From a virus: a stretch of 64,000 bases of DNA. How positions within the stretch are numbered: the stretch's first letter is position 1; every line of letters begins with the position of its first letter. The DNA lies in IMG/VR virus record IMGVR_UViG_3300021364_000008, positions 1 through 64,000 of that record; one strand, 5' to 3'. Both the position numbers and the translations under genes were made by a program. The notes under the pieces were generated by a model. The model ran no database searches. It was given only the letters and a program-made list of their open reading frames with translations, and was not told the origin of the DNA. This document shows positions 27,890 to 36,993 of the stretch, piece after piece.

Positions 27890-28252
27890 GTGCGTTTATT
27901 TTCAACTTTTCTTTTTGCCGTAGCAACACTGGGACTTGCAACCCCACAAGCACAGGCAGCAAGCGGATGTACTTCCGCATCACATTATGGAGTGGGTGAT
28001 GGTTATCATGGTAGAACAACTGCCAATGGAGAAACCTACAATGCATATGGTAATTCAGTAGCACATCGTTGGCTACCATTTGGAACCAGACTGAAAGTGA
28101 CGAATCAGTCAAATGGTAGGTCAGTGATTGTCAGAGTCAATGACCGAGGACCATATGTTGGGGGAAGAGATCTTGACCTTTCTTATGGTGCATTTTCTTC
28201 TATAGCAAGCCCATCTCAAGGAATTGCAAGAGTTTGTTATACTTTAGTTTAA
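27890..28252 (+). CDS. rlpA: RlpA-like lytic transglycosylase (DPBB) with signal peptide
   Basis: ASHYG..TANGE..AHRWLPFGT..VRVNDRGP..DLDLS; GTG 27890 opens a signal peptide ending AQA. Confidence 0.88.
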   Translation: MRLFSTFLFAVATLGLATPQAQAASGCTSASHYGVGDGYHGRTTANGETYNAYGNSVAHRWLPFGTRLKVTNQSNGRSVIVRVNDRGPYVGGRDLDLSYGAFSSIASPSQGIARVCYTLV

Positions 28253-28326
28253 TCTATTCTTGGGGGGAGAAAGTACTTTCTTCTCCATTTTCTAAATAGT
28301 ATGTAATTCTGATTGGATAATAAAAG

Positions 28327-29016
28327 ATGAAAATAGATTTACATAACTTTTTTAGATTTTACGATCAAAAAAACCCAAAGCACGTTGCAGCAGTAGAACA
28401 GCTTGAAATTGATCTTGCAAGCTCTCCATTGATTGAGGATACTGCAAATTGGGTACGAATTTATAGAACACCAATAGATAAACCAAGATCAAATATTCTA
28501 GAAGTACCTTATTATCCACAAACAGATAATTATAGAGATCCCCAAAGGACTTGCAATTCTTCTGCTTGTGCAATGTGTCTTGAGTATTTTAAACCAGGCA
28601 CTTTAAAGGGGGCAAAGGGAGACAATGCCTACATTAGAAAAGTTTTTGCAATTGGTGATACAACAGATCACTCAGTTCAGACAAGAGTATTGTCTGGATA
28701 TGGTGTCAATAGCAAGTTTAGTTATAATCTTTCTTTCACAGATCTTGATATTCAACTTAATTCTGGGAAGCCAGTTGTTATTGGCATTTTACATAGAGGT
28801 AGCTTGTCTTATCCTACTGGCGGCCACATGTGCGTCGTGATTGGAAAAACTGAATCTGGTAATTATGTTGTGAATGATCCGTATGGAAACCTGAATGATG
28901 GATATACTTCTTCGGTATATAATGGTAAAGGTGCTGTTTATTCCAAATATGTTCTGGAAAAAAGGTGGACTCCTGATGGTCCTAATAGTGGATGGGGGAG
29001 AGTTTTCTTTAAATGA
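28327..29016 (+). CDS. C39-like cysteine peptidase (probable cell-wall hydrolase)
   Basis: VPYYPQ..CNSSACAM..GGHMCVVIG..VNDPYG. Confidence 0.8.
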   Translation: MKIDLHNFFRFYDQKNPKHVAAVEQLEIDLASSPLIEDTANWVRIYRTPIDKPRSNILEVPYYPQTDNYRDPQRTCNSSACAMCLEYFKPGTLKGAKGDNAYIRKVFAIGDTTDHSVQTRVLSGYGVNSKFSYNLSFTDLDIQLNSGKPVVIGILHRGSLSYPTGGHMCVVIGKTESGNYVVNDPYGNLNDGYTSSVYNGKGAVYSKYVLEKRWTPDGPNSGWGRVFFK

Positions 29017-29300
29017 ATAATTTCCCGGATTCTCAAGAAGATATTGTGGATATTCTTGCAAAAGCTGGATATTTAAAGGCATCAAATGATAAAGTAGAAC
29101 TTTCTATGAAAGATTCTAAAACTATGGATATTCAGATCAAAGATAATATTTTTGGAACTCAAATTGAGTTGGAAGATGATGGAAATCTTGCATTGAGTTT
29201 AACATTTGACACAAAAAAACTTAGAAATTCTAATCACTTTGATGCAAAAAAATCTATAGATATTGCAATAAAAAGTTTCTTAGAGGATAATAATGTTTAA
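29013..29300 (+). CDS. Hypothetical protein
   Basis: Start overlaps the upstream stop (ATGA). Confidence 0.6.
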   Translation: MNNFPDSQEDIVDILAKAGYLKASNDKVELSMKDSKTMDIQIKDNIFGTQIELEDDGNLALSLTFDTKKLRNSNHFDAKKSIDIAIKSFLEDNNV

Positions 29301-29721
29301 ACTTTTTGAAATAAAGGAGGGTAAATTAAAAGTTCTCCCAATCTTAAGTAAAAGAAAATTTAAGGGTTTTTTACTATCTTCTATTCTTTTGTTGATTATT
29401 GCTGGAGTTTCTGGATGGTTGAAGATTGATGAAAATGAGTTATTTAAGTTGTATAATGCAATAATCAATCATTTTGAAATGCAATATGATGTTCCTCAAG
29501 AACATAAAGAAAGAGTATTAGATTCTAAAGTTGAAACTGAAGTTGATAATGCCATAAAGGAATATCAAGACTTGACAGGTGATGATGGGAGGGTTAGAAT
29601 ACAGGGGCCTACATATGTTGAAGAAGAAGCAAAACCAGAAAATCAAACTGGTGATGCTGGACTTCTTGGACCACCTATGAGACTCTGTGCTCCCTGGGTT
29701 GACAACTGTCCCAAGGAGTGA
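29293..29721 (+). CDS. Membrane-anchored hypothetical protein
   Basis: Single hydrophobic helix; C-terminal CAPWVDNC. Confidence 0.6.
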   Translation: MFKLFEIKEGKLKVLPILSKRKFKGFLLSSILLLIIAGVSGWLKIDENELFKLYNAIINHFEMQYDVPQEHKERVLDSKVETEVDNAIKEYQDLTGDDGRVRIQGPTYVEEEAKPENQTGDAGLLGPPMRLCAPWVDNCPKE

Positions 29722-29727
29722 TATACT
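29699..29727 (+). promoter_or_regulatory. Sigma70-type promoter
   Basis: TTGACA-17-TATACT. Confidence 0.7.
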
Positions 29728-29815
29728 AAACACATTGGCAGCAAGGGTCCAAACCTTGTGTAAGTCCTACCCCTCCCAAGCCTATCAACGATGCTCAAAC
29801 AGGGAGGACTCTTAT

Positions 29816-29888
29816 GGGCGTATGGTGAAGTGGATTATCACTAGGAGCTTCTACCTCCTCATCCCTGGTTCGAATCCGGGTACGCCTG
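29816..29888 (+). tRNA. tRNA-Arg(UCU)
   Basis: GGGCGTA/TACGCCT acceptor; AGGAG-CTTCTAC-CTCCT; GGTTCGAATCC. Confidence 0.9.
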
Positions 29889-30059
29889 TTATAAGTAACA
29901 GCAGAAAATTATATGAAAATACCCATTGACACCAACCCAAAATAATGCTACTATATAAAATGATAGAGGGTAAGTCCCTGTTATATCCTTATGAGGTATA
30001 TCACACTTACTCCATTAAACACTTGACAATCAAATTAGAATAGTTTATGATTGTCTTAT

Positions 30060-30131
30060 GCGAAAGTAACTCAACGGTAGAGTCCCTGCCTTCCAAGCAG
30101 GTTGTTGCGAGTTCGAATCTCGTCTTTCGCT
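30060..30131 (+). tRNA. tRNA-Gly(UCC)
   Basis: GCGAAAG/CTTTCGC; CCTGC-CTTCCAA-GCAGG; promoter TTGACA(30023)-17-TATGAT. Confidence 0.92.
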
Positions 30132-30153
30132 CTGAACCCCTAAGGTTCTTTAT

Positions 30154-30225
30154 TGGGGTGTAGCTCAGCGGTAGTAGAGGGAGCTGTTAACATCTAGGTC
30201 GCAGGTTCGATCCATGCCGCCCCAG
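30154..30225 (+). tRNA. tRNA-Asn(GUU), degenerate/possible pseudogene
   Basis: TGGGGTG/CGCCCCA; loop CTGTTAA; mismatches in anticodon and T stems. Confidence 0.7.
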
Positions 30226-30381
30226 TTGGTAGTCCTTAGCGATTAACTAAGTAGACGCCAACCTTACCAAAAGTTTTATTGATGCCTGTGGGGAGTCAAT
30301 AAATTACTATGGTATTGTACACCTTCTACCCAGCGTATCTTGCTGGGGGTCGTAAGGGGAGGGCATTGTTCTCCCCATCAA

Positions 30382-30455
30382 GCCCGAGTGACCCAGAGGA
30401 ATGAGGTTCTCGACTTAAAATCGAGCAGTCGTGGGTTCGAATCCCACCTCGGGTA
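30382..30455 (+). tRNA. tRNA-Leu(UAA) with short variable loop
   Basis: GCCCGAG/CTCGGGT; CTCGA-CTTAAAA-TCGAG; 5-nt variable region. Confidence 0.85.
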
Positions 30456-30508
30456 TTCTTGGAAAGAATTTGATTTTTATTGAATAAATATAAGAAGTTA
30501 TTAGATTT

Positions 30509-30773
30509 GATGATGATTAGGGTAAGATGTAAGGTATGTTCTAAAGAAGTTGGAGATTTCTATGGAGACCTTGGTTGTTGCGGATGTCACAATTTAACTT
30601 CAGTTAGAAATGGTAAAATTATTGCCAAAGATTTAACAAAAGTTGTTATTATAGACTCTCCTAAAAAAGATAATAAATCAAATAAAGGTGGTGTTTTATC
30701 ATCAGAAGATATTTCATGGCAAGAATCTAGACGTAATCGTAAAATTCGTAAGCTTGATTTTGAAGTTAGATAA
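30509..30773 (+). CDS. Small Cys-rich (Zn-binding) cyanophage protein
   Basis: RCKVC..CCGCHN; C-terminal RKLDFEVR; start approximate. Confidence 0.7.
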
Positions 30774-30845
30774 AGGTATATTTAAATACCATAAGTTTTC
30801 TTAAAAGATGTAAAATTGTTATATACTATAAATGTTATTAATTTT

Positions 30846-30992
30846 ATGGATCAACATACATATGACAATTGGCTGAAAATAAAAGAAACTTTTGAAAAAT
30901 CTGGAAATACTTCTAATTCATTTTACAAAAGGGCATGTACAATTGTAAAAACAAAAACTGATCCTCTTAAAAAATATTTGGGAGATGAATGA
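30846..30992 (+). CDS. Small conserved cyanophage protein (48 aa)
   Basis: MDQHTYDNWLKIKETFEKSGNT..FYKRAC. Confidence 0.65.
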   Translation: MDQHTYDNWLKIKETFEKSGNTSNSFYKRACTIVKTKTDPLKKYLGDE

Positions 30993-31122
30993 ACAAGAAG
31001 AAAACAGAGAATTTTACAAACAGTTGATGGAAAGAGTCAAACAACTTAGAATGAGAGAACTGTTTGAAGAACCTTCTACATACGAGGACGATGATGACGA
31101 CGATTTCAACTTTGTTATCTAA
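30985..31122 (+). CDS. Small acidic-tailed protein (45 aa)
   Basis: QLRMRELFEEPSTYEDDDD; overlaps upstream gene. Confidence 0.55.
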   Translation: MNEQEENREFYKQLMERVKQLRMRELFEEPSTYEDDDDDDFNFVI

Positions 31123-31153
31123 CGATTTATTTCTTGCAGCACTGTGTTACCTC

Positions 31154-31182
31154 TTGACAATGACACCAATCATAGGTATAAT
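31154..31182 (+). promoter_or_regulatory. Consensus sigma70 promoter
   Basis: TTGACA-17-TATAAT. Confidence 0.8.
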
Positions 31183-31271
31183 GATCATACATTCAAGGAA
31201 ATAACGAGATGTGAGTCAGCAGTAGACAGCATCTTTTGGGAGCAATCCCGACTTATAAATATCCTTAATCA

Positions 31272-31451
31272 ATGAACAACATCTCTTTTTACACTGTGGA
31301 ATACTGGCAAAACAACTGGGACGAAATGATTACAAGAGTTGAAAATGGAGAAACTCTTGGAATAGAAGACAAAGGAAATAGAGCAATAATGATACCTGCG
31401 GATGATGAACTCATACGCATATACAACGAGCAAAATAACGAAGCACCTTAA
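31272..31451 (+). CDS. Phd/YefM antitoxin-like small protein (59 aa; not in ORF track)
   Basis: YTVEYWQNNWDEMITRVENGETLGI..AIMIP. Confidence 0.6.
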   Translation: MNNISFYTVEYWQNNWDEMITRVENGETLGIEDKGNRAIMIPADDELIRIYNEQNNEAP

Positions 31452-31459
31452 TTTTTCTT

Positions 31460-31531
31460 GCTTCTGTTGCTTATTGGTTAAAGCCCATGCCTTATAAGCG
31501 TGTGAACCGAGTTCAATTCTCGGCAGAAGCA
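31460..31531 (+). tRNA. tRNA-Ile(UAU)
   Basis: GCTTCTG/CAGAAGC; CATGC-CTTATAA-GCGTG; CCGAG-TTCAATT-CTCGG. Confidence 0.85.
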
Positions 31532-31535
31532 CTTT

Positions 31536-31609
31536 GCAGGTTTAGCCATCTGGAGAAGGCAGCGTTCTCATAAAGCGCCATCAGGAGAGTTCGATCCTCT
31601 CAACCTGCA
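31536..31609 (+). tRNA. tRNA with CAU anticodon (elongator Met or Ile2)
   Basis: GCAGGTT/AACCTGC; GCGTT-CTCATAA-AGCGC; GTTCGATC. Confidence 0.85.
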
Positions 31610-31662
31610 CTTGACAGAATACCTGTCAAACCACTATAATATCAAAGTCAACATTCAAAAAG

Positions 31663-31878
31663 ATGACTCTCATTTCAAAATTCAAGAAAGATGTTCAAAC
31701 CCTTCGTGGTGCTGCTAATGGCGAATTTTTCCTTGATGTAAAGAATCCAAAACTTTATAAAAAGGTTCGTCGGTATTATGAAAGTAATGGTGTAGTTTTT
31801 TCTGGTGATCCTATGGATGATTATGATATCCTAATGGAATATATTTATAATGATCTTGAAACTGTTGAAGTTGCTTAA
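31663..31878 (+). CDS. Conserved cyanophage hypothetical protein
   Basis: LDVKNPKLYKKVRRYY..FSGDP; TTGACA(31611)-18-TATAAT upstream. Confidence 0.75.
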   Translation: MTLISKFKKDVQTLRGAANGEFFLDVKNPKLYKKVRRYYESNGVVFSGDPMDDYDILMEYIYNDLETVEVA

Positions 31879-31880
31879 GT

Positions 31881-31920
31881 AGTCACGGATGGACTATAAC
31901 AGAACTGGTGGAGCCAATCC
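31881..31920 (+). ncRNA. Probable 5' part of an interrupted manA/wcaG-like RNA
   Basis: AGTC/GACT hairpin and a UGGUG motif; GC-rich island directly before the HEG promoter. Confidence 0.4.
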
Positions 31921-31954
31921 ATATAAATATTCTTATATTTAAGAAAATAAAATT

Positions 31955-32547
31955 ATGGAGACCTATTATACTTATGCTTATTTGAGAGAAGATGGAACAC
32001 CTTATTACATTGGAAAAGGTAAAGGTCGTAGAGCATTTCATAAAAATCATAATGTTCCTCGCCCAAACAAAGATAAAATTTTGTTCTTAAAACAAAATCT
32101 CTCTGAAGAAAATGCTTTAAAACACGAAAAATATTTAATATCAATCTTAAATAATTTGTTAAATAAAAAAAGTGGTGGTAAATCTGGTAGTCGTTCTTCA
32201 CTAACAGAAGAGCATAAAAATAAAATCAGTGCAAAATTAAAAATTGTCAGACCACTACAAATTATTACAGAAGATCATAAAAAAATATCAGTAATTCCGT
32301 AAAATCTCATTGGAAAAGTTTAACAATAGAGCAAAGAGAACAAAGAAATAAAAAAGCAGCGGAAAGAAGAAAAGAAGTTTTATCTTTGAAGACTAATTAT
32401 CAATATAAGTATTTGATAGATAATAAATCATTTAATACTTTAAATGAAGTTAGTCAAGTGTATAATGTGTCATTAGCATCTGTTAGAAATAGATGTTTGT
32501 CTAAAAATTTTCCTAATTGGAAAAGAATATCTTTTAATCTGACATAA
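31955..32547 (+). mobile_element. GIY-YIG homing endonuclease, frameshifted at an A7 run
   Basis: YYTYAY..PYYIGKG; after 32279-32285 the -1 frame continues NISNSVKSHW..SVRNRCLSKNFPNW to TAA 32547; TATAAATA 31922. Confidence 0.8.
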
Positions 32548-32554
32548 TTTTATT

Positions 32555-32652
32555 ATGAGTTTACGTTATCTCTAAAATGCCGTTGGTGCGGATGTGGAGT
32601 TTACTCCCGCCTGGTTTCCAATTTCCATTCAAAGAATTGGTGGCGAGCCTTA
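32555..32652 (+). ncRNA. wcaG/manA-like cyanophage structured RNA
   Basis: Two GUUU-hairpin-UGGYG units joined by a GCGG/CCGC, GGAGT/ACTCC stem; upstream of an epimerase gene. Confidence 0.6.
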
Positions 32653-32662
32653 AGACCTTCAG

Positions 32663-32698
32663 AGGAGAGTTGCAAAAACTCTCCTTTTTTATTATAAT
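32663..32698 (+). terminator. Intrinsic terminator overlapping a sigma70-type promoter
   Basis: AGGAGAGTT/AACTCTCCT + T-run; TTGCAA(32670)-17-TATAAT(32693). Confidence 0.7.
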
Positions 32699-32724
32699 AT
32701 ATAATATACACAAGCATTGGATTT

Positions 32725-33777
32725 ATGAGTGAATATAAGAAGACAGCATTGGTTCTTGGTGCTGGAGGATTTATTGGAAGTCACATGGTAAAAAGACTTC
32801 GCGAGGAGGGTTATTGGGTTCGCGGGGTCGATCTTAAACGACCAGAATTTTCTGAAACTTGGGCAAATGAATTTATCCAAGGGGATCTTCGTGATGTAAA
32901 TTTCGTAAGTCGCGTGATTAAATTTGCGGGATATAGTGGAAATTTTTATCATCAAATTGTGGATAAATTTCTAAGTCCATTTGATGAGATCTATCAGTTT
33001 GCTGCTGATATGGGTGGTGCTGGATTTGTTTTTACTGGTGAAAATGATGCAGATATTATGCACAATTCTGTATCTATTAATTTAAATGTTCTTGAAGAAC
33101 AAAGAAAATTCAACGAATTAAAAGGATGTAATGTAACTAAAATTTTCTATTCTGGGTCAGCATGTATGTATCCAGAACATAATCAACTTGATCCAGATAA
33201 TCCAGATTGCCGTGAAGAGTCAGCTTACCCAGCAAACCCAGATTCAGAATATGGATGGGAAAAACTATTCAGTGAGCGTCTTTACCTTGCTTACAACCGC
33301 AATTATAGTATTCCTGTTCGTATTGCCCGTTATCATAATATTTTTGGACCAGAAGGAACTTGGGAAGGAGGAAGAGAAAAAGCTCCTGCCGCCATCTGTC
33401 GTAAAGTCGCATATCTTCCCGAAGAGGGTGGATCAATTGAAGTATGGGGTGATGGAAAACAAACACGATCCTTTCTATACATTAATGGGTGTATTGAAGC
33501 AACTCGTAGAATGATGGAATCTGACTTTATTGGTCCTGTAAATATTGGATCTGAAGAAATGGTTACTATTAATCAACTTGTAGATACTGCTGCTAAAGTT
33601 TCCAATAAAGAAGTAAATAAAATTCATATTGACGGTCCTCTTGGAGTTCGTGGTCGCAACTCTAACAACGACTTGATTCGCGAAAAACTCGGATGGGATT
33701 ATTCGCAGAGTTTGGAGGAAGGTATCCGCCTGACATATTCTTGGATTGAAGAACAAATCGCCAAAAAGACATCATAA
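32725..33777 (+). CDS. NAD-dependent epimerase (GDP-mannose 3,5-epimerase-like)
   Basis: GAGGFIG, AADMGG, SACMYP, YGWEK, GREKAPAA, GVRGRNS. Confidence 0.92.
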   Translation: MSEYKKTALVLGAGGFIGSHMVKRLREEGYWVRGVDLKRPEFSETWANEFIQGDLRDVNFVSRVIKFAGYSGNFYHQIVDKFLSPFDEIYQFAADMGGAGFVFTGENDADIMHNSVSINLNVLEEQRKFNELKGCNVTKIFYSGSACMYPEHNQLDPDNPDCREESAYPANPDSEYGWEKLFSERLYLAYNRNYSIPVRIARYHNIFGPEGTWEGGREKAPAAICRKVAYLPEEGGSIEVWGDGKQTRSFLYINGCIEATRRMMESDFIGPVNIGSEEMVTINQLVDTAAKVSNKEVNKIHIDGPLGVRGRNSNNDLIREKLGWDYSQSLEEGIRLTYSWIEEQIAKKTS

Positions 33778-33781
33778 GAAA

Positions 33782-34579
33782 ATGACAATAAGTTTTAATA
33801 TGCTTGGACATCATGGTAGACTCGGTAACCAGATGTTTCAATATGCAACTCTAAAATCAATTGCAACTAAGCATGGTTATGAATTCACCATCCCCCCAAG
33901 TGAATTTAATGATCCTTGGCATGATCATCAACTTTTTGAAGGATTTGAACTTCCCAGTGTCACGGAAAAAAATATTCGATTTAATGATGTAAAAACCCGA
34001 GTAGAAGAGGGGCATTTTCATTTTAATCAAAATCTTTATGACAATTGTCCTGATGATGTTGATCTTTTTGGATATTTTCAAACTGAAAAATATTTTTTAG
34101 ATATTGCTGATGATGTAAAAAAGGAGTTTACTTTTAAGGATCAAATTCTTTCTGTTGCCAAAGATTATAGAAATCAAATTGATAGTGATGAGATAATTTC
34201 TTTACATATTCGTAGGGGTGATTATGTAAATCAACCTTGGCATGGATGTTGCTCTCTAGAATACTATGAAAGTGCTCTTTCAATGCTTGATACAAATCTC
34301 CCAGTAATTATCTTCACGGACGACCCGAATTGGGCTTTAAGTCAAAATATATTTGATTCTGATAGATTTTATGTCTCTCAAGGAAATGGTAATTTATTTG
34401 ATATGTGCTTAATGACACTCTGTGATTATCACATCATTGCAAACTCTTCATTTTCTTGGTGGGGTGCTTGGTTAGCAGATAGTAAAAAAGTTATTGCTCC
34501 TCAAAGATGGTTTGGGCCTCCTTTGAGTGAACAAAATGACACTAAAGATTTGATTCCTGAGAGGTGGGTTAAGATATGA
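33782..34579 (+). CDS. Alpha-1,2-fucosyltransferase (GT11)
   Basis: GRLGNQMFQYA, GYFQ, HIRRGDY, NSSFSWW. Confidence 0.92.
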   Translation: MTISFNMLGHHGRLGNQMFQYATLKSIATKHGYEFTIPPSEFNDPWHDHQLFEGFELPSVTEKNIRFNDVKTRVEEGHFHFNQNLYDNCPDDVDLFGYFQTEKYFLDIADDVKKEFTFKDQILSVAKDYRNQIDSDEIISLHIRRGDYVNQPWHGCCSLEYYESALSMLDTNLPVIIFTDDPNWALSQNIFDSDRFYVSQGNGNLFDMCLMTLCDYHIIANSSFSWWGAWLADSKKVIAPQRWFGPPLSEQNDTKDLIPERWVKI

Positions 34580-35451
34580 TTGATCTTAGAAATGTTACTT
34601 TCATCATCCCTCTCAGAATTGATAGTGATGATCGTCTTCGAAATATTATTCTATCGACTTCCTTTTTATTGAATAAATTTGATTGCAAAGTTATAATTAA
34701 AGAATCAGATGAAATGTCTAAATTTGAGGCATGGGCTCTTCCTCTCATCAAAAAGATTTCAGATACTAAAAATTTGGAATATATTTTTGAAGAAAATTAC
34801 GATGAGCATTTTCATCGCACAAGACTTTTAAATGATATGATCATGAAGACCGCAACTGATATTGTGGTTAATTATGATAGTGATATTATACTTCCCGTAG
34901 AATCTTACATTAAAGCAAAAGAAATGCTAGATTCTAAAAAATATGATGTGGTATATCCATATAGATTTGGTGAAAAAGGTGAAAGAAAGGCAATTCTCGA
35001 CACTGTAGTTGAAGATGAACATGACCTTAATCAACTTTTAGATCATCCAATAATTAGAGAATTTATTATTGATTATGATCCAGACTCATTTAAAAATTCT
35101 TATGGATATGCTCAAAATGTAAATGGAATTGGATGGGCTGAATACGGAATGGTTCAATTTTTTAATACTGAAGTTTATAAAGATGGATATTTAGAGAATG
35201 AAAACTTCATAGCATATGCACCAGAAGATGTTGAAAGGCATCATAGATGGAATATGCTTGGATATACAATAGGTAGAGTTGATAATTATGCATACCATTT
35301 AGAACATAAGAGAACTCAAAACTCTTGGTTCAATAATCCATTTATGCAAAAAAATAATCAACTCTGGGAGTATCTTAAGTCACTATCAAAAGACGAACTT
35401 ATAGAATATTATGAATCCCAAGATTATGTAAAGGGGAGGATGAAAAAATGA
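34576..35451 (+). CDS. GT-A glycosyltransferase (GT7C-like)
   Basis: YDSD, ENENFIAYAPEDVER, HLEH. Confidence 0.75.
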   Translation: MIDLRNVTFIIPLRIDSDDRLRNIILSTSFLLNKFDCKVIIKESDEMSKFEAWALPLIKKISDTKNLEYIFEENYDEHFHRTRLLNDMIMKTATDIVVNYDSDIILPVESYIKAKEMLDSKKYDVVYPYRFGEKGERKAILDTVVEDEHDLNQLLDHPIIREFIIDYDPDSFKNSYGYAQNVNGIGWAEYGMVQFFNTEVYKDGYLENENFIAYAPEDVERHHRWNMLGYTIGRVDNYAYHLEHKRTQNSWFNNPFMQKNNQLWEYLKSLSKDELIEYYESQDYVKGRMKK

Positions 35452-36185
35452 ACTGGCATTTAGTATCGTATGCTGATGACAAATTTAAAGATGAGCAAAA
35501 ATTTTTAGAAAAAAATCATTCAGAAAATTTTAATATTAAATCATATGATAGAGACTGGTTAGTCTCTACAAATTTTTATGAAGATAATCAAACTCTTCTT
35601 GACGAAGAGAAAGGTGGTGGATGGTGGGCATGGAAACCTTATGTGATTTTGGATGCTCTCAGGAATGTGCAAGAGAATGATTATATTCTTTATTGTGATT
35701 GTGGGGACATGATTTCACCAAGTATTAAAGAATTTGTAGAGAATACCTTAAGTGATGATGATTTTTGCTTACTTCTTTTGGGTGGCAATCTCAATAAAGA
35801 ATACACGAAAAGAGATTGTTTTATTTTAATGGAATGTGATGAAGATGATTATTGGAACTCTAATCAATTAGAAGCTGGAGTTCAAGTGTGGAAAGCAACG
35901 GAACAATCAATTAAAGTAGTTTCCGATTGGATGAAGTTTTGTATTGATAGTAGAATTATTAAAGATGATGAGAGTGTGTTGGGGGAAAATTTCCCATCCT
36001 TCAAATCACATAGAAATGATCAAAGCATTTTAACAAATATTGCAATTAAGGAAGGTCTGAGTGTTAGTAATCATGAATTTAGAAACTTTATTGAATGTGA
36101 TTATGATTATTGGTATGAACGATATCCTAGATCTGATCTAGGTAGAGATATTGATAAATTTTTGGTGAGTATTAAAGATGCATAG
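35448..36185 (+). CDS. Putative glycosyltransferase
   Basis: GWWAWKPYVI, LYCDCG, HRNDQSIL. Confidence 0.65.
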   Translation: MNWHLVSYADDKFKDEQKFLEKNHSENFNIKSYDRDWLVSTNFYEDNQTLLDEEKGGGWWAWKPYVILDALRNVQENDYILYCDCGDMISPSIKEFVENTLSDDDFCLLLLGGNLNKEYTKRDCFILMECDEDDYWNSNQLEAGVQVWKATEQSIKVVSDWMKFCIDSRIIKDDESVLGENFPSFKSHRNDQSILTNIAIKEGLSVSNHEFRNFIECDYDYWYERYPRSDLGRDIDKFLVSIKDA

Positions 36186-36993
36186 TATTATCTTAACAGT
36201 TCACAATAAAGAATGGTTGATTGATAAAGTAATTGAATCGATAGTTAAAAATACTATCGAATCTTACGAACTTATTGTTGTTATTGATGGTTGTACAGAT
36301 AATACTGAAAAAATTGTTTTTGAAACTTTAAAAAATAGTCAAGTTAACTATAAAGTAATTTTTACTCCTGATGTGTTTGAAACTAAAGCAAATAATGCCG
36401 GACTAAAACTTGCGAAAGGTGATAAAGTCATAATCATTCAGGATGATATGATTATTAAGGAGTATGGTTGGAACAAAAGAATGCAAAAACCATTTGATGA
36501 ATTTAATGATGTTTTTGCGGTAACTTCCAGAACTGCTCATAATTGGTCTTTCAATCCAAATACACAACACTTAAATATGAGAGAAAATCTCGATAACTGC
36601 TGGTGTGATATTTGCCTACATAATAATCATGCAGACAAGTCAAATATTTCAAGGGATGTATTTGCAGTTCGTGCCTCTGTAAATAGAGGTCCTTTGATGA
36701 TTGATCATGATGATTTGAAAGTTATGAATTATTTTGATGAAAATTTTTCTCCACAAGACATGGATGATCATGATTTAATGTATAGAATGCATAAAAAACT
36801 TGATAAGGTTTGTGGGTGTTATTGGATTGATTTTGAATCTAGAGATGTGTGGGGTGGAACTAGAGTTTCTGGATCTCCTGCTCCTTGGTTATTAAAGGCA
36901 AACCACAAAAACATGAAAATTTTTTACGAAAGGCATAAAGATCTGATAAATTTAAATTACCAAAACGAAAATAGGATGTTAAATGATGGTTGA
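36178..36993 (+). CDS. Glycosyltransferase family 2
   Basis: SIILTVHN, VIDGCTDNT, IIQDD, FDENF. Confidence 0.85.
   Translation: MHSIILTVHNKEWLIDKVIESIVKNTIESYELIVVIDGCTDNTEKIVFETLKNSQVNYKVIFTPDVFETKANNAGLKLAKGDKVIIIQDDMIIKEYGWNKRMQKPFDEFNDVFAVTSRTAHNWSFNPNTQHLNMRENLDNCWCDICLHNNHADKSNISRDVFAVRASVNRGPLMIDHDDLKVMNYFDENFSPQDMDDHDLMYRMHKKLDKVCGCYWIDFESRDVWGGTRVSGSPAPWLLKANHKNMKIFYERHKDLINLNYQNENRMLNDG

Noticed and set aside
29687-29929. 80-aa ORF
   Set aside because: Runs through a promoter, structured RNA and tRNA-Arg.
31269-31532. Minus-strand ORF of 87 aa
   Set aside because: Antisense to tRNA-Ile and to a better + strand ORF.
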